Below, one piece after another: positions 26,444-36,795 of a DNA stretch of 64,000 bases (its first letter is position 1; every line of letters begins with the position of its first letter). The translations under genes and the position numbers were made by a program. This stretch comes from a virus. The stretch covers positions 3,014 to 67,013 of the IMG/VR virus record IMGVR_UViG_3300047586_000081, one strand, 5' to 3'. Below the pieces are notes generated by a model. That model saw only the letters and a list, made by a program, of their open reading frames with translations. It was not told where the DNA came from and made no database searches.

Positions 26444-29295
26444 TCCCAGCCTCCGTGGTTGAAGCGCACGTAGACATTGTGCTCTCCGAAATCGCCAAAC
26501 GTGATTAGGCCCGCACTGGTCACGGTATAGTCACGGCCCTGCATCTGGAAGATGCCGTTGTCCCAGAGCTGTACCGAGGCCGGGATGACCGCGACCCCCA
26601 GGTCGAGTGTGTCGCCGTATATTGCCTCGTCGTCCGTGTACCATGCAGAAGCGGAGAGTCCGATCCACGGGCCGCCATCTAGAATGTCCACCTTCTCCAG
26701 AGTCAAAACGCCTTGGGCTGATCCTGGCGGGAGTGGTTCTGGCCACACCGGGGGCGGCGAGGGCGCGGTCCACGTTGCGGACGCATCCAAAGTCAAGAAG
26801 TCGCTCTCGTACAGACTGATCCAGACCCACTCGATGTGGCCGAGCCCTATCGTGTTCCCCATCCAGCCTTCAAACCACCCCACTGGGGTCATCACTGGCC
26901 CGTAGGGAATGCCGGTATCCGTAAAGTCGGCCCTGTGAGTGCTGATGACAATGCTGCCGTGCGAGGGGTCGTACTCGAACGCGAGGCCGTACGGGAGGCC
27001 GTCTCCGGGGGGGTGGCCCCCGGCGGCCAGGTAGGCTGCGATGTCGTCGCCCTCGGGGGGAGGCCAGCTAAATGGGTTATAGGCGATAGGAGTCCCGTCT
27101 TCATATTTGATTGTGACATCGCCGTAACAGTATCCAAAGGCCGACAGAGAATATGTCACGTCTACCGTGGTCGGCACTATCACAGATGGGTGGAGGGAAA
27201 TAGAAACATCCGGCGTCCAGTGGGTGGAGTCGCCGGGCAGGACGTAGGATTTGGCCTCTCCTGATACGGTCTCAGAGTGGGCGTGGGTAATAGGCCAGGG
27301 AGAGAGAGTGGTGATGAACCCAGAGGTGCCCGTCAGGTCTTCGATGGCAATTGCGCGTGGTGCGTAGTCTTGCTTGGCCAGGTTGGAGATGGTGACCTCG
27401 GGCAAAAACGCAGGCTTCCAGGGGCAGCTATTGGTCCACAAAGCGGGCTCGCCCTCGCTCGACTTCCAGGCGCGCATGTGAAGCCCCAGCTCATCAACAC
27501 GAGCACGAAGATTGATGGGAACGCCAATCCACTCTTCTGGCGCTCCCATATTGGTCGGTACCCGCGCGCTGTCATCGAACCAGTCACATCGGTCCCAGTC
27601 CGCCACCGCCATTACCGCCGAGCTATCGGTTGCCACATACATAGCAAACACGATGTACGGGTATTCGGCGTAGTCCGCCTCGTGAACCCCCCAGGCGTAC
27701 TGTAGAAGGACACGCCAGATCCACCATTCTGGGTTGGTCGGCGCCGTGACGGTCACGTTTCTCCAGAGGTACTCGAAGGGGTAGGTGAAAGCATCGTCAA
27801 ACACAACGCCCATCCCTGGCCAGGAGTGCATCCCGGCCGCGAGCATGGCCTCGGCGTCCATCGTAGCGACGCCGTCCGAGACCGAGGCGCCGCCAAGCGA
27901 GTCGTCATCCTCCGTGGGGCGCAGCCATGTCCCGGTGGGCGCGGACCCGTAGCCTTCCCCAGCAGGCAAGAAGCTGTAGGAATAGCCACTGGGCGGGAAG
28001 TGGTCTGGGTCTCCCCAGGTACCTGCACTGAGCGTGCGGTGGAAGTAGTCGTACCAGTGCGGGAGGCTGTAGTCTATTCTGGGGATGCGGGGGAAATACG
28101 GGTTGAACGTGTCGCCCCAGAAGCTCTGGAACATGCTCCACGGCTCGTCGATCTCGTGAGAAAGAGTCAGGACGTATTGCGGATCCGATTTGGTGGGAAA
28201 CGAGATCGTCATGGCTCGTATGGGCACTACGTCGGATATGTCCTCGCCCCCAGTGGAGAACACCTGACTCTCGATCTGCACCTTGGTGCCCACCTGAAGG
28301 GCCATCCCGGGATTGTCGAAGATCGTGCAGGTGAAGCTCACCTGGTCATCCTTGTGGCCACGCTTATTCTCGGCAGAGCCGTAAACGACCGAGTCGGCGC
28401 GTCTCTGAAGAGCGTCGGGCTTGGAGATGTTTTGTCGATACTCGCCCCACTGCCAGAGCCCATGGCGCACGGCCGAGGCATCATCGTAGGCACGTGCGAA
28501 GCCCATCGTGGGATCACCCATTGCCGAGCCCCACTCCATTGCTTCGTTCGCCAGGTTGGAGCCGTTGGAGTTATGGGTCAGCTCACGATAGCCGATATGG
28601 TTGCTGGCGGTCGGGTTATCGGTCAGCACGTAGTCCGTGGTTGGAGTGTCAACATCTACCCAGAAGACCTTGAAGGAGGGGTCGATATAGTACACGCCCA
28701 TCGGAACACGGTTGATGATCTGCATTAGCTCAGCTACGGTCAGCCCGCCGTTATAGTAGGCGGTCTGGTCGGGGTTGGGGCTCCCTACGTTTTGGATAGA
28801 GGAGCTATCCCAGGTACACAGCTCCCCTAGGTCAGTATAGTGAGTCAGGTTATAATCGACCACCACATCTCCCGGAGACCCTTCCGCCCACCAGTAATCG
28901 TAGCCATTGACGGTGGCGGAATGCTCCGAGGGAGATGGTAGGGGATACTGCTCTGGATGCGCTTTGTTGTATGTTACACGCTTCGACCACAGGATGTTGA
29001 CATCGGTGCCCTCCAGGGTCCAGATCAGGTCGCCAAGTTTGGCGGCAGATGTGTCGGCTACGGTGAAAGCGAACCCGCGTCGTATGCGCAGTAGGAAGCC
29101 GGTGAATGCCAGCACGTCATCTAGGAAACACTGGACCAGGGAGCCAGCCACGAAGCTATATTTATGGGTCGTGTCCTTGACGCGGATCGTGAGGTTACCG
29201 GGCGTCCCATTTGCTCGCATCGTGAAGTTTGTCTGCGCGAACTCCACGTCGGCGGTGATGTCTGTCGCCGCCACTTCGATGCGCACTACGGTCAT
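26440..29295 (-). CDS. minor tail / baseplate hub (Tal-like) protein 1 with long C-terminal extension
   Basis: Follows TMP; FTGFL..I and YYIDP. Confidence 0.75.
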   Translation of the reverse strand: MTVVRIEVAATDITADVEFAQTNFTMRANGTPGNLTIRVKDTTHKYSFVAGSLVQCFLDDVLAFTGFLLRIRRGFAFTVADTSAAKLGDLIWTLEGTDVNILWSKRVTYNKAHPEQYPLPSPSEHSATVNGYDYWWAEGSPGDVVVDYNLTHYTDLGELCTWDSSSIQNVGSPNPDQTAYYNGGLTVAELMQIINRVPMGVYYIDPSFKVFWVDVDTPTTDYVLTDNPTASNHIGYRELTHNSNGSNLANEAMEWGSAMGDPTMGFARAYDDASAVRHGLWQWGEYRQNISKPDALQRRADSVVYGSAENKRGHKDDQVSFTCTIFDNPGMALQVGTKVQIESQVFSTGGEDISDVVPIRAMTISFPTKSDPQYVLTLSHEIDEPWSMFQSFWGDTFNPYFPRIPRIDYSLPHWYDYFHRTLSAGTWGDPDHFPPSGYSYSFLPAGEGYGSAPTGTWLRPTEDDDSLGGASVSDGVATMDAEAMLAAGMHSWPGMGVVFDDAFTYPFEYLWRNVTVTAPTNPEWWIWRVLLQYAWGVHEADYAEYPYIVFAMYVATDSSAVMAVADWDRCDWFDDSARVPTNMGAPEEWIGVPINLRARVDELGLHMRAWKSSEGEPALWTNSCPWKPAFLPEVTISNLAKQDYAPRAIAIEDLTGTSGFITTLSPWPITHAHSETVSGEAKSYVLPGDSTHWTPDVSISLHPSVIVPTTVDVTYSLSAFGYCYGDVTIKYEDGTPIAYNPFSWPPPEGDDIAAYLAAGGHPPGDGLPYGLAFEYDPSHGSIVISTHRADFTDTGIPYGPVMTPVGWFEGWMGNTIGLGHIEWVWISLYESDFLTLDASATWTAPSPPPVWPEPLPPGSAQGVLTLEKVDILDGGPWIGLSASAWYTDDEAIYGDTLDLGVAVIPASVQLWDNGIFQMQGRDYTVTSAGLITFGDFGEHNVYVRFNHGGWE

Positions 29296-32200
29296 TGCAC
29301 AATCCTTCGCAGACCGAGCAGGGCGGCTTTCTGGTCGAACGCCTTCATGGCGGCATCAGTCAGGCTCTGGATGTCGGAGTCGCTGCGGACCTGTGGATTG
29401 TTGAACTGGAAGACAACCGTGTAGTTGCCTCCGCCAGTGCCGCCGCCATCGGCCATGCTGACGGCCCGCGGGTTGCGCAAGACGGCGACGTGTTCAGCCC
29501 CCGCCTCGCCGACAATCATCTGAGTCGCCCCGGCGGTCATGCCCACAATGCCAGCGGCACGGTTCTGTCGCCCACTGCCGACATCAGTGGACCCAGCCAC
29601 AGGGCCAAAGTTCTTCAGGAAATCCGAAGCCCCAACATTCATCATGCCCCAGGCCGTCTTGATGTCCACGAAGATCTGGCCGAATGCCGCACCGGTCTGA
29701 TTGAAGATCGCGGCGGAGTCGTTGATGATAGTCGTAGCGGCCTGAGCACCCTCGGTGAGCCAAGTCTGTGCTTTGTTGAGGTATGGCTGCTGGGCAGCAT
29801 CCAGATACTTCATGGCGGCTTCGACCTTGGCGGTGTCAATGGTGATCTGGCGCCCGGTCGTCAGCAAGTAGAGCTGCTGACCCAAGTCCACCGCTTGCCG
29901 CAGGTTCCCAATATCGACGATGTTCACTTCGTTGCCGAACATCTGCTTCTGGATGTCCAGCTGCTTCTGGGCGTACTGTGCTTCGAGCTGGGCCTCCTGC
30001 ATGCGCGCGGCCCGCTCTTCCGGCGTCTCTCCGGGGGCCATGAAGCCCGCAATCGCCAGCTGAAGGTTGATCTGCCGCTGAGAAAGCTGGAAGGAGAGTT
30101 CCTGCGATTGGCGACCCAACAGGATGTTCTGCCGCTCGTAGTAGCCCAGGTTGTCAGACGCGCCCTTGCCGATCTTGCCGGTCAGCTGCTCGGCATCCAC
30201 CATAGAGCGGTTCGCGATACGCAGCTCATTGTTGTACTGAGCGGTCTGATAGACCACTTGCTCTCTGGCCAGAGACTCCTGGAGGGCTTCCTTCTGGATC
30301 CCCAGCTCGGCGACCTTGGTGATGTCCATCTGGGCATTGAGCTGGGTTTGCGAGGTGGCGGCATCCTGAGCATTCTGCTTAGCCAGCAAACCCGCCTGCG
30401 ATGCCCCGGCTCCCGCCCACCGTGCCCCCGTATAGGCATTGATCTGGTCCTGTGTTAGCGATGCCCCAGCGCCCTGGTCCCCCTGCTGAGTGTAGAGAGT
30501 GCCATACGGAGCCCCGCCAACCATGGGTCCTCGTGGGAGATCACCCGTCTTGCCCGTGTACGGGCTGCCGCCGTAGGCAGCGCCGCCGGTCACAGAGTTA
30601 GGGGGTGGGGTGGTAGGAGTAACGGTGGGCAAAGTCGGGATAGCGGGCGCAGCGGCTGGCGTTTGCACCTCACCAGTGGGCATGGCGGGGATCTGGGCAA
30701 CCAGCCCAGCGATATCAGTCTTACCGGCATCTATTAGCGCCTGGTATGTGTCCTGGGCGCCTGGGACAATGCCCTGCAAGAGGCTTTGCATCGCGTCCGT
30801 GCCACCCGTCGTGGGAAAAGTCGCGCCATAGGGCAGGATCGGATTGGCCAGCTGACCCAGTGCGAAGTTGGCCGGAATGACTTGCTGAGCCTGAAGCTGA
30901 GCAGTGGCCGCCATCTGGTACTGTTCAGCGGGGATGGTGCGCGAGACCATCTGCTGAATGATCTGCTGGTAGGACGGCATGGCATTGCCCTGGGCCTCCT
31001 GCTGGCCCATCAAAGCAACATCGGCCGCGGTCAAATCCCGGGTGGCGTTGGTGGTGTCTACCATAGCCACGCCCATGTCATCCAGCTTCTGGATGGTCGG
31101 TTCATCTACGCCAGCCGCCTCCATGGCCTTGCGGCTCTTGATGAGCTGATCCGAAGTGGAGTTGAACTGGAGCTTGAAAGTGCTGCCCGTCTTGCCCAGG
31201 TTGTCATTCCAGGACTTCAGGGCCAGCGTGCCCGTATCAAGCTGACGCTTCCAGTCCTGGGCAATGGGACCTGCCTGGCTCACATCAAGAGCGGAGACGC
31301 CCTGGGCGTTCAATGGCGCGTTCTGGTAAGCCTGGATAAAGCCTTTCGCCGGGAACGGTCCAGAAGCGGACCCTCCCGCCAGCAGTCCGGCACCCAAGCC
31401 GATGGCTCCACCAGCCAGAGCGCCCAACGGGTTGAACCCGGTGCCCACAAAACCCATCGCAGCGCCTGCGGCCATGCCAGCGAAGGGGGCCACCTGGGCA
31501 GCCTGACTTGGGCCACCGAGAACGCTACCCAGCTGCTCGAACTCGCTAGGAGTGGCTCCAATAGGAGTTCCGAACAACCCGCCCGTGGAGCGAGTCACAC
31601 CTGGAATGCCCCCGGCAGGCTGGAAGGGGCCTGTGGTAAAGCCCGCGTTCGCCGCCATTCCCTGGTTTTGCTCCATCACGTACACACCGGAGCGAATGAG
31701 ATCGTATTGGTCAGAGAGCGCCTTGTTCCCAGCCTCCATCAGGGAGCGCTGTGCTACATATGGAGTGATGACCTGGGCCGCGGAGTCTCCAAGCCCTGAT
31801 TGTGCCATGGTGGCGGCCACGGCCGCCTGGGTGTTGCCGCCCGAGGCCAAGATCTGAGCGCCGGTGGCTTGTGTCAGTTTGCCCATGACATTGACAAAGC
31901 CCTGACCGCGTTCCGTGGTCTGACCAACGATGGTGCTTAGCTCTGACAGCCCTGCATCGAGGCCCTTCTCAGCTACCTGGAAAAGCTGCATACCTACCAG
32001 CATGCCGCCCGCACCGGCCAGGATCGACCGCGCCATCATCGGCTTCGTCAAGAACTCCGATGTCTTGGCTGCCGCTTCCTCCGCAGCAGCTGTCTTACCC
32101 TTTTGCCCCGCGATGAGGGGCTCCAGGACCGTCATTTGCTTGCGAATGTCCGCCGCCTGCTTTTTGGCGCCTACGGCCTCGGCGTCTCGCAGCGATGACT

Positions 32201-35200
32201 GCTTGACTGCGTAGTCACCTTCGAGCTGGGCGAGCTTGGACGCCTCTCCCTGAGCCTGTTGGATGTCGAAGCGAGCCATGCCTGCTAGGTGCTTGATCTT
32301 GCCCCGGCCGCCCAGGGTCTGAGCTGTAATCTGCTCGAACAAGACCGGCAGGGCGCGAACAGGGGTCATTGACTCTTGCTCGCTGATACGAGCGCTCATC
32401 TCAGCTAGACTGCGTCGCCGTTCCTGCTGCGCTTCACGGGCTGGTTCTTTGGCCTCGTACCTCTGGCCACTGGTAACCCGCACGCGCTCCTCCGCTGGCT
32501 CGCGAGCTGGCTTCTTGGCCGCCGCCTGCGCGGCTTTGGTCGCGGCATTTGCCTGCGCTACATACGCATCCAGCTGACCGGCGGGGATAGTCTCCTGCTC
32601 TCCGGTGATGATCGCGGACTTCCGCCCGCGTCCCTTGAAGATGTCGCCGATGTTGACTGTCCCGCCCATCGCGACGTTGCCCTGCGGGCCGCCAGCCTCG
32701 CCCTTGCCCATCAGGATCGGAGGCCAGTTCTCGACCGTGACTGGAGTGGGGCCGCCGCCGCCGCCGTGCGGTGTCAGCTTGACGAACTTGCCCGCAGGAT
32801 CATGCCAGTTGCCAGCCGCATCTTGGACGATGCCGCCTTTGTCAAAGCCCGTCAGGTCCTTGGCGTTGTCCTGCATGCGCGCGACCCAGCTGGGAACGGT
32901 GTGTAGCTGGTCGTGGGGGATCACCACTCCGCCCTGGGGTGGACGACGCCATACCTGCTCCCCGTGCATGCCCAGCATCTCGACCTGGCCGGTGTCGCTG
33001 ACCCAGGTCTCGTGCCCCTTTTCGCCAACGCGGAACTTCTGGGCATCAGCATAGCGCCCCAACAGGCCGCCTCCGGCCATAGGACGGTACTTGCCTCGCC
33101 CGCGCAGCCCACTAGACATGCGCACTTCGTCGTATGGTCGGCCCTCAGTGGCAACATTGTGCATATGCTGGCGGACGTGCAGTGCTTCTATGCGCTGATC
33201 TCGAAGCTGCTCATAGCCCAGATCGGCTGCCTCAATGAGTTTGTCGGATAGGCGGCTCTCTTCGTAGGGGCGACCTTCGTGCTCGACATTCCAGTCGCGC
33301 ATGTGGCCAAGAATGGTGGTTTCCAGCGTATCTGATGGTGTCTTTTGGCCGATACCCCCAAGGACCGCGTCCCAGGTTGCGGTAGGACCGCCAGGGATCT
33401 GGCCCTCGAAGATGCCGCCCTTGCTCAGGCCACCCTGACTTCGAGCAGAGTCCTTGATGCGTCCGGTGTTGTCCACCAGGGGTAGGCTGTGTTCCTGCGC
33501 GCGCCGCACCCACGGAGAGACGCGAGGCTCTTCCATATACGGAGAGACGGGGGCCGCCGCTGGCTGCTCGCGCAGAGCGCGCAGCTTCTCCATGTAGCGG
33601 CTCTCGCGGGCCTGCGTATCCCCCTCGATACCTCCCAGGCCCCGCAACTGGTCCATGCTGGCAAACATCCCACCCCAGGCCAGGCCAGGGAGCTTGGTAT
33701 GCATCGCGTCTTCTATGGTCAGGCCGACGCGCTCCTTGGCTATGCCCGTCGCTGCTGAACCCGTGGCAGCCACGACGGCCTTAGCCTGGTCGCGAGCGAT
33801 GGCCTTCGTGCGCTTGCGTGCTTCGATAGCGTCCAGTGCCGCCTCGTAGGTCTTGGTCGGTCCACCGACCCCTCCTGCGGGCTTGACGGTTGGCTCTGAC
33901 TCGGGGATCCGGGTGCCAGTCAGGTCCGCAAGCGAGTCCACCGGCGGCAGGCCCTTGGCCCTACGCGCCTGGTTGGCCTCGAACAGCTCGGTGCCGACGT
34001 TGACAATGCCGGTGCCGCCCTCGAAGCCAAGCGTCGCGCCTGGGCTAAAGGGCACGTCTGTCCTGCTTACAGCGAACTTCTTCTTGTCGGCCTCAGACAG
34101 CAACCCAAAGCCCTTGTCCGAGGCGTCCAATGCCTTCTTGCGAGCGAGGGTCTCTTCACTGCGCTGCTTGGAGACCAGGCCCCCAATGCCGCCCTTGATA
34201 CTGGAGGTCGCCATGTCGAGAGCGCTGGCACGGTCGGCATGGATGTAGGGCCGCGCGGCGCGACGAGTAGCGCGCTGCTGCTTGCCCACCGTCTTGGCGC
34301 CTCGGCCAGCCGTCAGCGAAGACAGGATCGACTGGGCTTCGACGTGCTGCCCCCCCATGCCCAGCTTCAGCGCTTTGGCCAGCTGGGGGTTGAACTTGGA
34401 GAAGTCTGCCTCCTGGAAAGCCTTGAGCAGTTCAGGCGGCATCGGCGCAGGAGCCGTTTGCTCGGGCTCCTTATACAGGACCTGCCGTGCCGCGTCACTC
34501 ATCGCGAACTTGAACTCGGGGCTAAGTCCCGTCAGTAGGCTGGTGTCAATGCCCGCCTTCTTGGCTGCCGCCGTCCACTCCTTATCCGACAGATCTAGCG
34601 TTGGATCATGACGAGCAAACGAGCGGTTCCAGTAGCGCTTGTCAGGCCCGAGTGGCGCCTGTAGAGCCGGAGGCACATTCTGGACCTTGCTCTTCTTGGC
34701 TCCTACAGATGGGGCCGGGTGGGCAAACCCCCCGGGCGCCACCTGGAGCGCACCGTGGCGCGGGGTAGTCGGCCTGGGCGTGGTCTTGGGATAGGTGGGA
34801 CGCGCGACGATAGGCCCCTCCTCCTCATACACGTCTTGGGCCGCACCAGTGGGGACACCCGTTGTTGGCCGAGACGGTCGGCCACCGCTCGGTCGCACTC
34901 CGCCGCCGCCACCGCTCGGTCGTGCTCCGCCACCGCCACCCGCGGGCCTGCCACCCGTAGTGCCGCCGCCGCCAGGGCGGGCAACCTCAAGCACAGCCGG
35001 GATCACAACCGGCTGCATGTTCTTGAGATCTGACTGGATCTGGCTGCGGATCTGGCCGAGCTGGGTCTTGTTCCAACGGATTGTGGCCGGGACAAGGACC
35101 TCGTGGCCTTTCTCGACTTCCTTGAACCCGTCGTCCACGGAGTGAGTCAGGGCCTTACCAGAGAACTTGACTTTGGGCTCGACTACCTGCTCACCGATTT

Positions 35201-35375
35201 TGGCGATCTCGTCTTTGATGCCCTGCCAGTCCCCAGACTTTTGCAGGCCAATCCTGACACGCCGCTCCCTGGAGGTTATGCCCTTCAGCTTCTCTTCGAG
35301 CGTGCTTGTATCGGTCTCCAGTTTGGAGAGATCAACGCCAATTCCAATCTTGAGATCGCCAAGGTCGGTACTCAT
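29292..35375 (-). CDS. tape measure protein
   Basis: 2027 aa; LGDLKIGIGVD N-terminus; Ala/Gly/Gln helical; C-terminal GEAGAE; follows the frameshifted chaperone. Confidence 0.9.
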   Translation of the reverse strand: MSTDLGDLKIGIGVDLSKLETDTSTLEEKLKGITSRERRVRIGLQKSGDWQGIKDEIAKIGEQVVEPKVKFSGKALTHSVDDGFKEVEKGHEVLVPATIRWNKTQLGQIRSQIQSDLKNMQPVVIPAVLEVARPGGGGTTGGRPAGGGGGARPSGGGGGVRPSGGRPSRPTTGVPTGAAQDVYEEEGPIVARPTYPKTTPRPTTPRHGALQVAPGGFAHPAPSVGAKKSKVQNVPPALQAPLGPDKRYWNRSFARHDPTLDLSDKEWTAAAKKAGIDTSLLTGLSPEFKFAMSDAARQVLYKEPEQTAPAPMPPELLKAFQEADFSKFNPQLAKALKLGMGGQHVEAQSILSSLTAGRGAKTVGKQQRATRRAARPYIHADRASALDMATSSIKGGIGGLVSKQRSEETLARKKALDASDKGFGLLSEADKKKFAVSRTDVPFSPGATLGFEGGTGIVNVGTELFEANQARRAKGLPPVDSLADLTGTRIPESEPTVKPAGGVGGPTKTYEAALDAIEARKRTKAIARDQAKAVVAATGSAATGIAKERVGLTIEDAMHTKLPGLAWGGMFASMDQLRGLGGIEGDTQARESRYMEKLRALREQPAAAPVSPYMEEPRVSPWVRRAQEHSLPLVDNTGRIKDSARSQGGLSKGGIFEGQIPGGPTATWDAVLGGIGQKTPSDTLETTILGHMRDWNVEHEGRPYEESRLSDKLIEAADLGYEQLRDQRIEALHVRQHMHNVATEGRPYDEVRMSSGLRGRGKYRPMAGGGLLGRYADAQKFRVGEKGHETWVSDTGQVEMLGMHGEQVWRRPPQGGVVIPHDQLHTVPSWVARMQDNAKDLTGFDKGGIVQDAAGNWHDPAGKFVKLTPHGGGGGPTPVTVENWPPILMGKGEAGGPQGNVAMGGTVNIGDIFKGRGRKSAIITGEQETIPAGQLDAYVAQANAATKAAQAAAKKPAREPAEERVRVTSGQRYEAKEPAREAQQERRRSLAEMSARISEQESMTPVRALPVLFEQITAQTLGGRGKIKHLAGMARFDIQQAQGEASKLAQLEGDYAVKQSSLRDAEAVGAKKQAADIRKQMTVLEPLIAGQKGKTAAAEEAAAKTSEFLTKPMMARSILAGAGGMLVGMQLFQVAEKGLDAGLSELSTIVGQTTERGQGFVNVMGKLTQATGAQILASGGNTQAAVAATMAQSGLGDSAAQVITPYVAQRSLMEAGNKALSDQYDLIRSGVYVMEQNQGMAANAGFTTGPFQPAGGIPGVTRSTGGLFGTPIGATPSEFEQLGSVLGGPSQAAQVAPFAGMAAGAAMGFVGTGFNPLGALAGGAIGLGAGLLAGGSASGPFPAKGFIQAYQNAPLNAQGVSALDVSQAGPIAQDWKRQLDTGTLALKSWNDNLGKTGSTFKLQFNSTSDQLIKSRKAMEAAGVDEPTIQKLDDMGVAMVDTTNATRDLTAADVALMGQQEAQGNAMPSYQQIIQQMVSRTIPAEQYQMAATAQLQAQQVIPANFALGQLANPILPYGATFPTTGGTDAMQSLLQGIVPGAQDTYQALIDAGKTDIAGLVAQIPAMPTGEVQTPAAAPAIPTLPTVTPTTPPPNSVTGGAAYGGSPYTGKTGDLPRGPMVGGAPYGTLYTQQGDQGAGASLTQDQINAYTGARWAGAGASQAGLLAKQNAQDAATSQTQLNAQMDITKVAELGIQKEALQESLAREQVVYQTAQYNNELRIANRSMVDAEQLTGKIGKGASDNLGYYERQNILLGRQSQELSFQLSQRQINLQLAIAGFMAPGETPEERAARMQEAQLEAQYAQKQLDIQKQMFGNEVNIVDIGNLRQAVDLGQQLYLLTTGRQITIDTAKVEAAMKYLDAAQQPYLNKAQTWLTEGAQAATTIINDSAAIFNQTGAAFGQIFVDIKTAWGMMNVGASDFLKNFGPVAGSTDVGSGRQNRAAGIVGMTAGATQMIVGEAGAEHVAVLRNPRAVSMADGGGTGGGNYTVVFQFNNPQVRSDSDIQSLTDAAMKAFDQKAALLGLRRIVQ

Positions 35376-35382
35376 GGTGCAC

Positions 35383-35927
35383 CTAGCCCATATCCGCGTC
35401 CCCTAGTGACATTCCTGGGGTGTACTCGATAGAGTCGCCGCCGCCACTCGACTGTTGCTGCTGAGTGAAGTAGTCCCGCTTGAGCATGCTGTAGTGGCGG
35501 TACGGCAGAGCGGCCACCTCGTGTGGCCACTTACCATAGAGGCGGCCCAGCTTGCAGAAGAGAGCTGGGCCGCCCAGGACTACGCTTTTCCCAGATCCTC
35601 GTCTTCGGGCTCGGGCTCTTCATCCGCGAAGTGCAGCTCCACTGTCGCAGAGAGCAGCTGGCGGAGCTGACGATAGCCCATCTTGGCCACGTCACGCGTG
35701 GTGAGGGCGGGCTCCTTGCAGCTGGCGAGCAACATCAGCTTGTACTGAAGCTGTGTGTCGATGCGTTCGCCGTCGGCAGTGGTAGCCTTCTTGAGGATGT
35801 CCTCGAAGTCCTCACCCGAGATCTCCACGAGGTGGTAGTTCTTGCCACGAGAGACCACATCCATCCAGGCGTAGCCTTCGGGGTTGATGCCCTTGGTGGG
35901 CCTGTTCGTCTTCACGCGAGTAGGCAC
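35383..35927 (-). CDS. tail assembly chaperone, -1 frameshift (gpGT-like) product
   Basis: GGGAAAA slip at 35586-35592; -1 frame reads GKSVVLGGPALFCKLGRLYGKWPHEVAALP...MG to TAG at 35383. Confidence 0.85.
35580..35927 (-). CDS. tail assembly chaperone (gpG-like)
   Basis: Position; ends ..EDLGKA on the slippery site. Confidence 0.85.
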   Translation of the reverse strand: MPTRVKTNRPTKGINPEGYAWMDVVSRGKNYHLVEISGEDFEDILKKATTADGERIDTQLQYKLMLLASCKEPALTTRDVAKMGYRQLRQLLSATVELHFADEEPEPEDEDLGKA

Positions 35928-36229
35928 AGTCGAACTCCATCTATCTCCAAGCTCCGGCCGTTGAGCGCAGTTCGCTTGAATGGGCCGTCGAGCTTATAGA
36001 GCTTGCCCCCCATCTTGATGCGGTACTCGCGTTCGAGTTCGCTCTCAAAGGTGAAGGTATTGACATATGAAAAGACGGCACGAAAGTCGTAATCGCCAGA
36101 CCCCTGGCTAGGACCTTCGTGCCGTCTGATGGACCAATTCTCGAAGCTACCGATCACCATGCCGAGGGGGCCATAGGCTCCTTCAACACGAGGATCCGCC
36201 TTCGGGTTCCTGAAGTTGAGAACCGGCAT
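35912..36229 (-). CDS. tail-region hypothetical protein
   Basis: GGAGAAGG RBS; beta-rich. Confidence 0.7.
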   Translation of the reverse strand: MPVLNFRNPKADPRVEGAYGPLGMVIGSFENWSIRRHEGPSQGSGDYDFRAVFSYVNTFTFESELEREYRIKMGGKLYKLDGPFKRTALNGRSLEIDGVRLCLLA

Positions 36230-36241
36230 TTCCTTCTCCGG

Positions 36242-36281
36242 TAAGAGAATGGGGCAACCACTTGTAGGCCGCCGTTGCCCC
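36242..36281 (-). terminator. terminator-like hairpin after the major tail gene
   Basis: GGGGCAAC/GTTGCCCC followed by ATTCTCTT. Confidence 0.5.
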
Positions 36282-36295
36282 GGAAGCGGTCTCGT

Positions 36296-36736
36296 CTACA
36301 GGTTGACGGCCCACGGGCCGGAAGCGCGGAAGTTACCCGTCATCTTCACGGCATCGTTGATCGCAGCGGTGACGTTGGCGTCAAAGAGCGCCGGTCCCGA
36401 GGCGATCAGTGTACCATCCGTCGAGGTGTCCTCGGCGTACAGGTACAGCAGGATCGTGTCTGAGGTGGTGGCTTCGAGGAGCAGGTCGCCCGACACGTCG
36501 AGGAAGCCGGTGTAGTTACCCTGAAGGTCGCGCAGACCGACGAGGTAGGTCTTGTTGGTGTCGCCGAACACAGTGGACTCGACGTAGTCGCGTCCGAGGT
36601 TCAGAGACCACTCGGTCTTGTTGGCAACGCGGATGCCGTAGCCGACGCCGGGGGTCAAGGGGGTGCTGGGATCCTTGGGACCACCGATGTAGAGCGAGGC
36701 ATGCTTGCCGTGGATCTTGGTTCCTGAGTTGCTCAT
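36296..36736 (-). CDS. major tail tube protein
   Basis: HGK...LY, EWSL, E.T.FGD..K.Y..GL.D, F..SG. Confidence 0.88.
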   Translation of the reverse strand: MSNSGTKIHGKHASLYIGGPKDPSTPLTPGVGYGIRVANKTEWSLNLGRDYVESTVFGDTNKTYLVGLRDLQGNYTGFLDVSGDLLLEATTSDTILLYLYAEDTSTDGTLIASGPALFDANVTAAINDAVKMTGNFRASGPWAVNL

Positions 36737-36795
36737 GTGCGTGTCTCCGCAGTTAGTCGATCACGGCATCGGCAGCGCCGGGCCGAGGAGTCGCC

